In this document: positions 28,648-38,268 of the stretch, one piece after another
Layout of the letters: every line of letters starts with the position of its first letter
How positions within the stretch are numbered: the stretch's first letter is position 1
Made by a program: the position numbers and the translations under genes
Assembly (NCBI GenBank): GCA_021815445.1
Contig: JAKAGM010000002.1
Span: 31,373 to 95,372, forward strand
DNA: 64,000 nucleotides
Reading direction: 5' to 3'
Source: a bacterium
GTDB taxonomy: Bacteria > Patescibacteriota > Patescibacteriia > UBA10025
Notes under the pieces: model-generated
Database searches by the model: none
The model's input: the letters and a program-made list of their open reading frames with translations, nothing else
Told to the model about the DNA's origin: nothing

Positions 28648-28676
28648 ACCTCAGCGCTTATCTGCTGGGGTTTTTC
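28648..28676 (+). terminator. Rho-independent terminator
   Basis: ACCTCAGC-GCTTATCT-GCTGGGGT then TTTT. Confidence 0.65.
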
Positions 28677-28751
28677 TTTATGATATGTGCACCTTAACCT
28701 TCGATTAACTCAAGATCATCGAGAAAAGGTGTGCTCGGAGGTTTAATGCAG

Positions 28752-28780
28752 GTCGCGCAGGCATTGGAGCCTGCGCTAGG
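28752..28780. repeat. REP-like palindrome
   Basis: GTCGCGCAGGC-ATTGGA-GCCTGCGC. Confidence 0.6.
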
Positions 28781-28787
28781 GGGTTGT

Positions 28788-29423
28788 CTACATTGCCTCG
28801 ATCGCAGGGATAATATCGGACGGAGTATTTACTTTGATCTGTTGTCTAAAATTCGGAATACTTGTTGAATCATACCCCCATCCATATCCAACAAGCAGCA
28901 CTTTTTCTATTCCGGCTTTTTCCGCGTCGATAAAGTCGTTTGGCCTGTCTCCGACCATGACTATTTCATCTTTGCGCAGCTTTTCACTCTCAATAAGTTC
29001 AAGTAATTTTGCCGGTTTGCTCATGGGGCCGATATCACCGCCGATTATTTTTTTGAAGTGGGCAGAGAGTCCGAAGCCATTCAGCTTGTTTTGCACATCG
29101 CTATGTGGGCTCGAGGAGATCACGTATAGCGCATATTTTTTTGACAGCGTGATAATGACCTCCCGAACCCCAGTATAAAGCGGCGGTTGGAAAGTTCTAA
29201 TAAGACTATTGTACAGCACGTCTGCCTTATCTATATCCTCTTTGCTAAATTGCAGATTCCTCAGCATTTTGCGGGAATTAAGCCCGTATATTTTCTTAAA
29301 CTCACTAAAGTCCTCGGGGCATTCTTTACCCAGTTGTTTGCATATTTCACGGTATACCCTATGGACGATCGGGAAGGAGTCCACGATAACCCCGTCGTAG
29401 TCAAAGAAGATGGCTTTAATCAT
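28788..29423 (-). CDS. HAD-family phosphatase
   Basis: FDYDGVIVDS, SS, KP, VGDRPND. Confidence 0.92.
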   Translation of the reverse strand: MIKAIFFDYDGVIVDSFPIVHRVYREICKQLGKECPEDFSEFKKIYGLNSRKMLRNLQFSKEDIDKADVLYNSLIRTFQPPLYTGVREVIITLSKKYALYVISSSPHSDVQNKLNGFGLSAHFKKIIGGDIGPMSKPAKLLELIESEKLRKDEIVMVGDRPNDFIDAEKAGIEKVLLVGYGWGYDSTSIPNFRQQIKVNTPSDIIPAIEAM

Positions 29424-29433
29424 GTTTATCGAG

Positions 29434-29853
29434 TTAATATATTCTTACCCCGTACTTTTTCACCAGAGTCCGTTTTTTTGATGTTTTGATCTCCGTATTA
29501 CTCATTAACTGCCGCAACAACGGTTTGGGCAGGACGGCTTTACCCGCCGCGCACATTTTTTTCTGCCAGATGAGCCGTTTAATGTGACCCAAATTGTGTT
29601 TTGACCAGAGACTATTTTGCCGGCGAGGGGAGAAGCGGATGATATGTTTTGTATCGCCCAGACTTTTTAAGATTCCATCTACCCAGCCATAACAAAGAGC
29701 TTCGTCAAGTGCTTCCTGGTAAGTCATCGTAGGCTTGTTAGCATGCTTTTTATAAAACAGCAACCAGGCGGAGTCCTGTTGACTATGGTTCTTTGCCAGC
29801 CACTTCCGGAAGAGTTGAGCGTTTTTAAAGTAAAAGATTTTGCCGACTTGCAT
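29434..29853 (-). CDS. YdeI/OmpD-associated family protein
   Basis: FRKWL.KNH, Y.EALDEALCYGWVD, FSPRR..S.WS..N. Confidence 0.88.
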   Translation of the reverse strand: MQVGKIFYFKNAQLFRKWLAKNHSQQDSAWLLFYKKHANKPTMTYQEALDEALCYGWVDGILKSLGDTKHIIRFSPRRQNSLWSKHNLGHIKRLIWQKKMCAAGKAVLPKPLLRQLMSNTEIKTSKKRTLVKKYGVRIY

Positions 29854-29880
29854 AGACTTGTAGCAGTTCTAAAGATTATC

Positions 29881-29959
29881 GCGCGAGTGGCCGCTTCGCC
29901 GGAGGCTCACAGCCTCGCCGAGGCTAGGCGGGCAGGCGAGCGCAGAGACCTGCGCTCGG
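29881..29959. repeat. Nested palindromic repeat cluster
   Basis: AGCCTCG-C-CGAGGCT inside GC-rich arms, then CGAGCGCAG..CTGCGCTCG. Confidence 0.6.
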
Positions 29960-30012
29960 AAGTTAAAAAAAAGACTCAAAAGATTTAATTTGATTTACTC
30001 AATTCTTATCCG

Positions 30013-32631
30013 CTAGAAATATCCGGCCGCGATTGTAACGCCACTTTGGTAGCCGGTGGAGTAGGCGTTGAATTCTTTCAGTACCTGTTTTCCTTTTTGG
30101 TCGAATATTCTCACTGTCGGGTTACTGTTGCCGCCGACTCCCGTAATAATCTCATCCTTGCCGTCGCCATTCACATCAACCATTGTTACAGAGATGCCGC
30201 CCCTGAATGAAGGACTGAAGGCCATAAATCCATTATTCAGCAGCCCAAGTTTGTTATTACTCCCTACACCGAATATTCGGACATGAGGGCCGCCGGCGCT
30301 GACAATACCGGTCATAATCTCATCCTTCCCGTCGCCATTAATGTCTCCAACAGTTGAATTTATCCCGCCACGGAATTTGGCGTCATACGCCATGATGCTG
30401 CCGCCCACTGGCACGTATTTATTATTTTGTAAACCGAACACCCTTATCTGCGGGCCGCCCTTACTGGTCGGGCTGGTCACAATCTCATTTTTTCCATCTC
30501 CATGAATATCGCCTACGGAAACTGCGATGCCGCCCCGGAAATTCTTATCATAGGCCAAAAAGTCAGAAATCACGCGCACCATTTTGCCGCTTTTTAGTCC
30601 GAATATTCTGATATTCGGCCCGGCACCGCCCATAGGAGCGGTGATAATTTCCGCCCGCCCGTCTCCATTAACATCGGCTGCGGTTATATTCACGCCACCC
30701 TTATATGTCTTATCGTAAGCAAAATAATCCAGCTTTTTACCCGTTCCATCGGGGCTGAATATTTTAATTGTTGAATCTCCGCCCTCGCGCATGCTGGTAA
30801 TAATTTCGGCTCTGCCGTCGCCGTTGATATCGCCAACGGCCACATTAACCCCGCCGCGAAACTTCGCGTCATACGCGTTGAAACTTTTGAGTAATTTTCC
30901 AGCTGTGGTCAATACTCGCACCTCCGGCCCGCCGCCGGCCTTAGTACCCGTGACAATAAAGGGAGTACCGGCTTTCTGGCCCAAAATTTTTGGGATATAC
31001 GTATCAGCTACAACTTTATAGGCATTTATCACCCCGCCATCAACGTCCCGCCAAAGCCGTGTAATGATTTCATCGGGCGGTATGGTGGGATATTTTTGGA
31101 TAAGCAAGGAAATGATGCCGCTGATGATGGGTGCGGCAAAAGAAGTGCCGTCACCCTGATCATAAAAGCCGCCGAGGGTGCTATAAGCCGGAACGGCTGT
31201 GGTAACAATATCTACACCCGGGGCATAGGCATCGACGCATTTACTGCCAAAATTAGACCAAGCGGTTAAATAATTATTAGCATCGACGGCGCCAACCCCG
31301 ACCACCAAAAAATTGCTGCCCTCATTACATACCGGCGATTGCGGTATGATGTTTAAATCCTGCCCGATGCCGCCCTCCACGTCTCCGTTGCCGGCAGCGG
31401 CGACAATAATAGCTCCTTTATCATAGGCATATTTGATGGCCGAATTGAACTCTGTTGTATAACCCGTTGTTGCCCAAGTGCTCAGGCTCATATTAATGAT
31501 TTTTGCGCCGTTATCTGCAGCATAGCGTATGGCCTTTACAATGGCCGACGTCGAACAGCCGGATTGTGAATCACAAACAATGAGGGGCATCAGTCTGACA
31601 CCTGAGTTAATCCCGGCAATGCCAACCTGGTTATTGCTCACGGCGCCGATAATTCCTGCCACCATGGTCCCGTGTGTGCCGCGGGTCGTCATTTCGCCGT
31701 TATTGGTAAGGTAATTCCAGCCGTAGATATCGTCGATATAACCATTTTTATCATCATCGACGCTGTTTCCGATTTTCTCCTTGGCATTAATCCAAATATT
31801 ATTCCGCAAATCCGGATGATTGATATATACACCGTCATCAATAATGGCCACTATCGGGCCGGACTTTTGGGACACAAGCCCCCAGGCATCATTAATCTTT
31901 ACCTGCTGTATATACGTTTGCAGGTAAGAGTAAGGATCATTGGTTATCCCCGGTAAAATTTCAAGACTTGGTCCGGTCGCAGTAACCTCAGCGCTGTCGT
32001 CTGCGAACTTCAGCTTCATGGTAACGGGGCCGGTGGAGGCGCCGACCGGTACGGGAACATCAATTTCGCCGCTTGTCCATACGCTGGCCGTACTGGCAGA
32101 CACTCCGTTAAAAAATACATAGAGATAATACGTTGAATTCGCCGCACCTCCCAAGGCATCCTGAAAGTATCTGCCGGAGATTTTAACAGTATCTCCAACA
32201 TGCGCTTGCGCGATATTCAAAGAGGTTATGGCGGGCTGTACATGATAATATGGCCCGTCGTAGGACGTAGTATCTGTTTTAACATGGATCTGGCCTCCGA
32301 CCATTATCGAGCCAGGATCGCTGGTAACCGTAGTGACAATCGTGGTATCTGACCATGAAGTGACTTCAGTAGAACCATAGGTAGTGCAAAGTCCTGAATA
32401 GGACAAGTCATTATTAAGATAATTGAAACAAACCTGGTCGCCGCTATTATCATATGCGCCGAAACCGCTGCCGGTAATTGTCAGCTCAGTTTCTCCCGGT
32501 GTGATGGCAGAAGGCGAAATGCTGGTAATAGTAGCGGCTTTTACCTGTTTTGGGAGAATAGACAACGCAACTCCTACTACAGCGACGGCTGCAATAAACC
32601 CGAATCTGCCAAAACCTTTATTATTTATCAT
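30013..32631 (-). CDS. Secreted S8 (subtilisin) serine protease with IPT/TIG domains and FG-GAP repeats
   Basis: VAIIDDG, HGTMVAG, GTSFAAP triad; two IPT/TIG-like domains; five GD.NGDG..EI repeats; signal peptide. Confidence 0.93.
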   Translation of the reverse strand: MINNKGFGRFGFIAAVAVVGVALSILPKQVKAATITSISPSAITPGETELTITGSGFGAYDNSGDQVCFNYLNNDLSYSGLCTTYGSTEVTSWSDTTIVTTVTSDPGSIMVGGQIHVKTDTTSYDGPYYHVQPAITSLNIAQAHVGDTVKISGRYFQDALGGAANSTYYLYVFFNGVSASTASVWTSGEIDVPVPVGASTGPVTMKLKFADDSAEVTATGPSLEILPGITNDPYSYLQTYIQQVKINDAWGLVSQKSGPIVAIIDDGVYINHPDLRNNIWINAKEKIGNSVDDDKNGYIDDIYGWNYLTNNGEMTTRGTHGTMVAGIIGAVSNNQVGIAGINSGVRLMPLIVCDSQSGCSTSAIVKAIRYAADNGAKIINMSLSTWATTGYTTEFNSAIKYAYDKGAIIVAAAGNGDVEGGIGQDLNIIPQSPVCNEGSNFLVVGVGAVDANNYLTAWSNFGSKCVDAYAPGVDIVTTAVPAYSTLGGFYDQGDGTSFAAPIISGIISLLIQKYPTIPPDEIITRLWRDVDGGVINAYKVVADTYIPKILGQKAGTPFIVTGTKAGGGPEVRVLTTAGKLLKSFNAYDAKFRGGVNVAVGDINGDGRAEIITSMREGGDSTIKIFSPDGTGKKLDYFAYDKTYKGGVNITAADVNGDGRAEIITAPMGGAGPNIRIFGLKSGKMVRVISDFLAYDKNFRGGIAVSVGDIHGDGKNEIVTSPTSKGGPQIRVFGLQNNKYVPVGGSIMAYDAKFRGGINSTVGDINGDGKDEIMTGIVSAGGPHVRIFGVGSNNKLGLLNNGFMAFSPSFRGGISVTMVDVNGDGKDEIITGVGGNSNPTVRIFDQKGKQVLKEFNAYSTGYQSGVTIAAGYF

Positions 32632-32781
32632 GTATTTGTAATAATTAGTAGCTACTCTCAATGAAATTATACACCCGCAAAACTAATATACAACATATGC
32701 ATTCATCAATTCTGTGGGTTAATAAATACCAAAAAACAGACCGAACACACGTTTCCCAGCGTACAATTGGTTTATTGATGA

Positions 32782-32810
32782 CGAGCGCACCCTAGAGAGG
32801 ATGCGCTCGG
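32782..32810. repeat. REP-like palindrome
   Basis: CGAGCGCA-CCCTAGAGAGGA-TGCGCTCG. Confidence 0.65.
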
Positions 32811-32832
32811 TTGGCTGTGATATTTCGAATTA

Positions 32833-33306
32833 TTAAATCGGATTTCCCGCATTATCCCGTCCGTGTACCCAGTCGTACCGCTCCACGAAACGGAGGTAAA
32901 AACCGAAAGGATCTAGCATCCTGAAGTCTAATTTGTCAAAACGGATTTTCAGCGGCCCAATAATGGAATCCGGGTACAGACGGAAAATTTTTTCATAAAG
33001 CGCCTTGATGTCATCATGCGGCAAAATTATTTCCACCCCATATCCGCGCGGAGTATCCTTGGGAAAGCGCTTGAAATATGACTGCTCATAAATATGTTCA
33101 TTACCGCAATAAAAGTTAATAATACTGTCGCCGTTTTTCATGACCATGTAGCCCTTTTTCCCTTCGGGCTTTTTCTCCCACACGACATGGAACCCCAAGT
33201 CCCCGTAAAACTTCTTGACCAGCTCAAAATCGGGGACATGCAGTTCAAGTAAAATGTCAGAGGTTAATTTAGGCATGGCGGTATTCATAATATTATGTTT
33301 TTTCAT
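32833..33306 (-). CDS. VOC/glyoxalase family protein
   Basis: LELHVPD...KFY..LGF, GVEI, DFRMLDPFGFYLRF. Confidence 0.88.
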   Translation of the reverse strand: MKKHNIMNTAMPKLTSDILLELHVPDFELVKKFYGDLGFHVVWEKKPEGKKGYMVMKNGDSIINFYCGNEHIYEQSYFKRFPKDTPRGYGVEIILPHDDIKALYEKIFRLYPDSIIGPLKIRFDKLDFRMLDPFGFYLRFVERYDWVHGRDNAGNPI

Positions 33307-33410
33307 ATTTTTTTATTTTAAAATTCCGTAATTAAAGTGAACCCTGCTATCAAATTTTACCGCAATTGATGCGGTAAGCATGAATTAGTCGTTAGATATA
33401 TCCAGTTTAC

Positions 33411-34622
33411 TCATGAAGTTTCTCGGGCGCCTAATTGGACGGCATCGCCGCGCCGTTCTACGCCGGTTCTCTCGATATAGTTCACTGCTTTATCGGAAAA
33501 CGCAGTCGGATAGGAATCTGCTTGGTATTCCAACTTTAATCTTGCTCTGTCGCTCGTCTCATCAAGCTCAAAGATGCCGTAGTACACGTTGTTTTCCTTT
33601 GTTGTGATTTTCAACCTGTGATTGGGATAATCTACTTCGAATGTACCGCTGATGTCCCCGGAAAACTTGTCGCCGCCCGATTCATCCTCTGCGGAAAGCA
33701 CTATATTCCCCGTGTAGTACGGCGTGCTTGCTTCGATAAAAGTGATAATGTCAATCGGCGGCCGGAGTTCCCACTTCGTGGTGAGAAGCCATGTGCCGGT
33801 TATTTTTCCTTCGTTGCCCGAATGAAGCAGAGGAGTATTCGTTAGGTAGGGCTGATAGGCGTTGAAAGCGGGGATTACTTGGCCGTCTTGCGTCGGTTCC
33901 AAATAATGTTTCTTCCACCAAGCGACCACTTTTTCCTTATCGCTGGTTTTCAAGTAATCGTACGGCGAAACTGAAGTGCCGTTACCCTTATCAATCCCGT
34001 CATCGCGCAACGAGTCTACTAAGGTAAATTCGCCGCTCGATATCGTCGGCTGGAAACTTTTGCCCGTGCCGATAGTATCTCCGATTTTGACAACTTCGCC
34101 GACTTTCACCACAGGTTGATCAATCTCCATATGGATACCGGAGAGGTTATGGCCATAGTCTACGCTGATATGGTATTCATCGCCTGACAGCGCGACGCTA
34201 GTGATAGTCCCGTCCCCCCAACTTCTAGCCGGTGTACCTTTTTTCAGTTCAATCCAGACGTGGTCCAGTCCTTCGATGTGGCCTCCTGCCGCCAATCCGT
34301 AGCCGACCATATACGTGTTGGTGCCCCCGAAGACCTCATCTTCAGTGTAAGGGAATGCCAGTCTCGTCGGCGAGCCGCAGTCGGGCACCGTCCACACGAT
34401 GTTGTCGAACATCGGATCTGGTCGGGCTTGGGTGCCGCAAGGTAATGTCCCACTGTTTGCATTCTTGGCAGTTTGCACATCAGCCTGTGCGCTATTTTGT
34501 ACGTTTTCTTGGGAGTTATCTCGGGGCTTATTCAACTTACTTTTTATATTTCCGTAGCTAGCTATGCCGGCTATGCCGAGGAGTGCAATGATGGCTATAG
34601 GAATGAGTACTTTTTTAGACAT
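33411..34622 (-). CDS. Membrane-anchored M23-peptidase-like protein
   Basis: N-terminal TM; HIEGLD and VKVGEVVKIGDTIG resemble M23, but the HxH motif is not evident. Confidence 0.5.
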   Translation of the reverse strand: MSKKVLIPIAIIALLGIAGIASYGNIKSKLNKPRDNSQENVQNSAQADVQTAKNANSGTLPCGTQARPDPMFDNIVWTVPDCGSPTRLAFPYTEDEVFGGTNTYMVGYGLAAGGHIEGLDHVWIELKKGTPARSWGDGTITSVALSGDEYHISVDYGHNLSGIHMEIDQPVVKVGEVVKIGDTIGTGKSFQPTISSGEFTLVDSLRDDGIDKGNGTSVSPYDYLKTSDKEKVVAWWKKHYLEPTQDGQVIPAFNAYQPYLTNTPLLHSGNEGKITGTWLLTTKWELRPPIDIITFIEASTPYYTGNIVLSAEDESGGDKFSGDISGTFEVDYPNHRLKITTKENNVYYGIFELDETSDRARLKLEYQADSYPTAFSDKAVNYIERTGVERRGDAVQLGARETS

Positions 34623-34735
34623 AGATTTTTGTTAGCTTTTCGGCGTGAAATTTTTGATTGAGGCAGGAGAGTTGGGTTATGAGTTTTTTGAACGTCATCT
34701 TATTGCCCTTACTCGTTATTAACAAGATCAGAAAT

Positions 34736-35704
34736 TTAATTTTCCACTTGCGTAGTAATTAATAACCCGATGAGCCGATGCACCTCAATAAAAGATTCTT
34801 TGATCACTTTTTTATCAGTTATCGGTGTGCCACCTTCATGGACAATACCGTTTCTCCATCTAATTATATTGTTGATTTTTTTGTAGTCTACTTTTTTAAA
34901 CTTCTCCAGGGACCTGATAAATAAATTGACTTTATAGTAGACGCCCGCTTTAAGTATATTACTCTTATCTCTTTGTTCGAGCATATAATTTTGAGAAGTA
35001 TATTTTAAAATGTATTTGCTGATCGCAATCTCTAGCGCCGTAATTATTTCGATAATTGCTAATCGGTAATTGTGTTTAATTAAATACTCAATTGAATTAT
35101 TTAATATAATAATTTCTGAAAGTAACCTTTGATTCGATATTATGGACTTAATAACATATTGAAATCGCTGTGCGTCAATTTCTTCAATATCTTTGTAGGA
35201 TGAGCTAAACAGCGCAATGATTGAGCGATAGTCTTTAATTTTTTCCCATTTCCCATCTTTTTTTATTTCTACTTGCCATAAATTAATGTAACTAGAATAA
35301 TCTCTCGAGTCTTCATTTATTTCATGTAAGTTTAAAATATGGCCAATATTTCTGAAATGAAGTATTAAAAGATTTATTATTTTTAGAGTTCTGCGATAGA
35401 TTTTTCTCGTATCTTTGTATAGATTGTGTTTAGACTCTAGGTCATAGTAAACAATTAAGTAATCTACTTTTATGATAAATCGTTCATCTTCAGACTTAAC
35501 AGGGCCAAGGCGCTCCATGTTTAATTTGACTTTACAGTTTATTTTTCTTTCTAATTGAAAAGTAAACTGAGTTTGGAAAGTTGATAGTTCTGTACTTTTT
35601 ACTGGAATGGCAATATTTACTGGGTACTTAAACTTAAAGTGATATCTCATAGTACAAATTGAATCTTTACTACTTGTTTTTTTAATACTATTATCACTAC
35701 CCAC
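34736..35704 (-). CDS. HEPN-domain protein (AT-rich gene)
   Basis: YRLAII...ALE helix and C-terminal RNGIVH (Rx4H); start could be 35650. Confidence 0.65.
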   Translation of the reverse strand: MGSDNSIKKTSSKDSICTMRYHFKFKYPVNIAIPVKSTELSTFQTQFTFQLERKINCKVKLNMERLGPVKSEDERFIIKVDYLIVYYDLESKHNLYKDTRKIYRRTLKIINLLILHFRNIGHILNLHEINEDSRDYSSYINLWQVEIKKDGKWEKIKDYRSIIALFSSSYKDIEEIDAQRFQYVIKSIISNQRLLSEIIILNNSIEYLIKHNYRLAIIEIITALEIAISKYILKYTSQNYMLEQRDKSNILKAGVYYKVNLFIRSLEKFKKVDYKKINNIIRWRNGIVHEGGTPITDKKVIKESFIEVHRLIGLLITTQVEN

Positions 35705-35777
35705 AGCCCCACTGACGGCACGAGGTAGGCGAGGTCAAACCAGCCGACTTGGTTTTATTGAGGGTTCAGTGACATTC

Positions 35778-36194
35778 CTATGTTTCATGCAGCTCGTAAG
35801 ATGTTTTTATCCACTGCAAGAGCTTAGCATCGACATCCTTTTTGCTCTTCAGGTCAAAGTAGTAGAGGTAGCGATTAGGGGACATGCGGATCATTTTATA
35901 TAGTTTCTTGGTTTTAATTTTACCATCAGTGCGGAAATCAATCCGGATTCTGTCCCGGAGCGCCCATACTCCGCCAAACGTGTATGTGCTGACCAGATGG
36001 ATACAGCAGGGCAGGGATTCTATTTTCACCGGTCCGATTTTTTTCGTGATTTCCTGCTTCAGGTGTCCAAACAGTCCCTTGGCGTATTCCTTATTCTTGA
36101 AATGGTTTGCGAGCGGGTAGCTGACGCAGGAGTGCGCCTGGTTTTTCTTCTCAAATTGCCGTTTGCACTTCGGGCAAGTCCAAAGTTTTTGCAT
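35778..36194 (-). CDS. DUF5655-like protein
   Basis: WTCPKCKR.F...NQ.HSC N-terminus; DVD..L..WI..SY C-terminus. Confidence 0.75.
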   Translation of the reverse strand: MQKLWTCPKCKRQFEKKNQAHSCVSYPLANHFKNKEYAKGLFGHLKQEITKKIGPVKIESLPCCIHLVSTYTFGGVWALRDRIRIDFRTDGKIKTKKLYKMIRMSPNRYLYYFDLKSKKDVDAKLLQWIKTSYELHET

Positions 36195-36246
36195 AAGTTA
36201 TCAATACATTGTCAGCTCCCGTTCAGCCGGGGGAGCTGGCGACCAA

Positions 36247-36651
36247 TTATGTCGTTGGATTAGAATTTTGAATCGCGGACTTTGGCTTGAATAATACCGG
36301 CCCCACAGCCACGCCGATAAATATCAGATAGGTGCCCAAATGGCCGAAGACTTTGCCGGCTGTCTGATTGGGGATGGCAATTATCAATAAGATGACTGCT
36401 ACCATTACTGCCCAGATTATTCCATAAGTTAAGGATTGTTTGATTGAAGCAGAATGAAGTCGGCGGGAAAACCACAATGAGCAGGCGGCCAATAGCATTG
36501 CGATAACCACCCCGACCCAGAGGAATTTCGCCGGGGGATACTCCGTGTCCTCAGTGCCGGTAACTAGCGACATGATAAAGATTAAAACCATCGTGATGAT
36601 GAAGAGCAGGAAGCCGAAGCCGAAGATTTTGAGATATGAAGTTTTTGGCAT
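36247..36651 (-). CDS. Hypothetical 4-TM membrane protein
   Basis: Four hydrophobic segments; co-oriented in the gene run. Confidence 0.75.
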   Translation of the reverse strand: MPKTSYLKIFGFGFLLFIITMVLIFIMSLVTGTEDTEYPPAKFLWVGVVIAMLLAACSLWFSRRLHSASIKQSLTYGIIWAVMVAVILLIIAIPNQTAGKVFGHLGTYLIFIGVAVGPVLFKPKSAIQNSNPTT

Positions 36652-36665
36652 AGCGGTTATAAAAG

Positions 36666-37379
36666 TTAATTTCTTTCTAAATATTTCTCAATGAACTCTT
36701 TTTCTTTTTTGATATTATTAGGATGAATGCCGCTTTCGCAGATGATGGGCGCGTCTATGTTTTTAATAGCCGCGACGATCTCTTTTTGATGCATTTCAAA
36801 AAGTGGCACATGAGGTTTTTCGGTCCCGAGTCCGCTTACATGGTAATGGGTGAGTTTATTGCCAAGCGCCGCATAGAATTGGTCGGCGAGTTTCATTGTC
36901 GGGTCGTTAGTTTTGATATGGTTCACGTCGAGGACGAAACGGAATGAAGGATCACTATCAATGAGTTTTTTCACGTCTTCCGGCGTCTTGCCGTATGGTT
37001 TGGTGTTGTCCATGTTTTCGAATGCTACAGGGAAGGACAGGTTGCCGAAGACCGTGATATCCTCTACGTCGCAGGGATGGATCACGACGGCATCAAGCGG
37101 CCTCAAAGCATTGATTTTACCGATTATTGCAAAGATCTTTTTTACCGCTTCATTATTTTTGTATTTCATTACCGGAGCGTGAAGGCTCATGTACGCGAAA
37201 CCGTCTAAGTCCTTTGCGGTAAGCGCATCCAGCCATCCCCACTCAATGCACTCTTTTCTGACAACGCCTAGCTCAACGGCAAGACAGCCGGCCTGCTTAA
37301 TGACTTTAAGCGCTTCTCTAGTATCAAGATACTGTGCAAATGTGCCGGTGGAAAACCCGACTGAAAAACCGAGGAGCAT
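36666..37379 (-). CDS. Xylose isomerase-like / AP endonuclease 2 TIM-barrel protein
   Basis: SLHAP, VIHP, FENMD, LDVNH, HVS, H, E metal ligands. Confidence 0.82.
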   Translation of the reverse strand: MLLGFSVGFSTGTFAQYLDTREALKVIKQAGCLAVELGVVRKECIEWGWLDALTAKDLDGFAYMSLHAPVMKYKNNEAVKKIFAIIGKINALRPLDAVVIHPCDVEDITVFGNLSFPVAFENMDNTKPYGKTPEDVKKLIDSDPSFRFVLDVNHIKTNDPTMKLADQFYAALGNKLTHYHVSGLGTEKPHVPLFEMHQKEIVAAIKNIDAPIICESGIHPNNIKKEKEFIEKYLERN

Positions 37380-37394
37380 GTTGAATGACGATAA

Positions 37395-38219
37395 TTATTT
37401 CGCCGAAACCGTGATCGGGGTCGACTTCGCTTCTATGCCGTTAACGAAGACCTTCACAAAATAATTCCCCGCTGTTGACGGCAAGGCGAAACAACAGGTG
37501 CCATTGGTGCCGGTTTGCAGGTTCGAAGGCGCGCTCTGCGGCTCAATCTCCCGTCCGGTACTGTCGGTTATTGAGAATGTTGATGCATCTCCTGCCTTAA
37601 AGGTTCCGGTAACGCTCAGGCCGAATTGGTCGCCGACCCGAAAGCTAGTGGTAGTCTCATAGGTATTAGTCGGACTGAAGGCAGTGCCTGCCGGGATACG
37701 CTGGAATTCCACCTTAGAGACCTGGCCGACGGAATTAGTGTTAGCTCCAACGCCGGCATTTACGGTCCCGTTAGTGTTTCCACCGGCCGCGGAGTTGGCG
37801 TTTGTTTTTGGTATGACAGTCAGTGTAATATTTCCGCAATCACGATCTGCGCAAATAAGATGGTAGGTGCCGCCCTGGTCATTATCCTGGATAATGGTGC
37901 CAAAAACGCCGTTAGTCGAAGCTGCAGCCGGCACTTCCCGGAACTTGAAATTTACCGGCTGGTCATCGCTCGTCAGGCGGATCTCTATCGTGTCGCCGGC
38001 ATGAAAGGTCATGGTTTTATAGTTCAGCTGGCCGTTTACCAGCTTGAGGTTAAAGACCTTATTGGAGCCGGTCAACGTATAGGGCGCCTCCGTCACGACT
38101 GCATTAATGTTTTTTGCAGTGTTGGCCGTAGTGGTCGCGGTTTTCTTAGTACAACCGGAGAGTATCAGCGCTGCCATAGCTAAAAGAACACAACTGCCGA
38201 GAATGAACTTTTTGTTCAT
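37395..38219 (-). CDS. Lipoprotein, cupredoxin-like N-domain plus C-terminal CC-motif domain
   Basis: Lipobox LSGC; Asn/Thr-rich linkers; GTNGTCCF. Confidence 0.7.
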   Translation of the reverse strand: MNKKFILGSCVLLAMAALILSGCTKKTATTTANTAKNINAVVTEAPYTLTGSNKVFNLKLVNGQLNYKTMTFHAGDTIEIRLTSDDQPVNFKFREVPAAASTNGVFGTIIQDNDQGGTYHLICADRDCGNITLTVIPKTNANSAAGGNTNGTVNAGVGANTNSVGQVSKVEFQRIPAGTAFSPTNTYETTTSFRVGDQFGLSVTGTFKAGDASTFSITDSTGREIEPQSAPSNLQTGTNGTCCFALPSTAGNYFVKVFVNGIEAKSTPITVSAK

Positions 38220-38268
38220 ATGGATGGTGCTAGTTAATGAGTTAATTAACTAAAAATAGCGAAATTAA

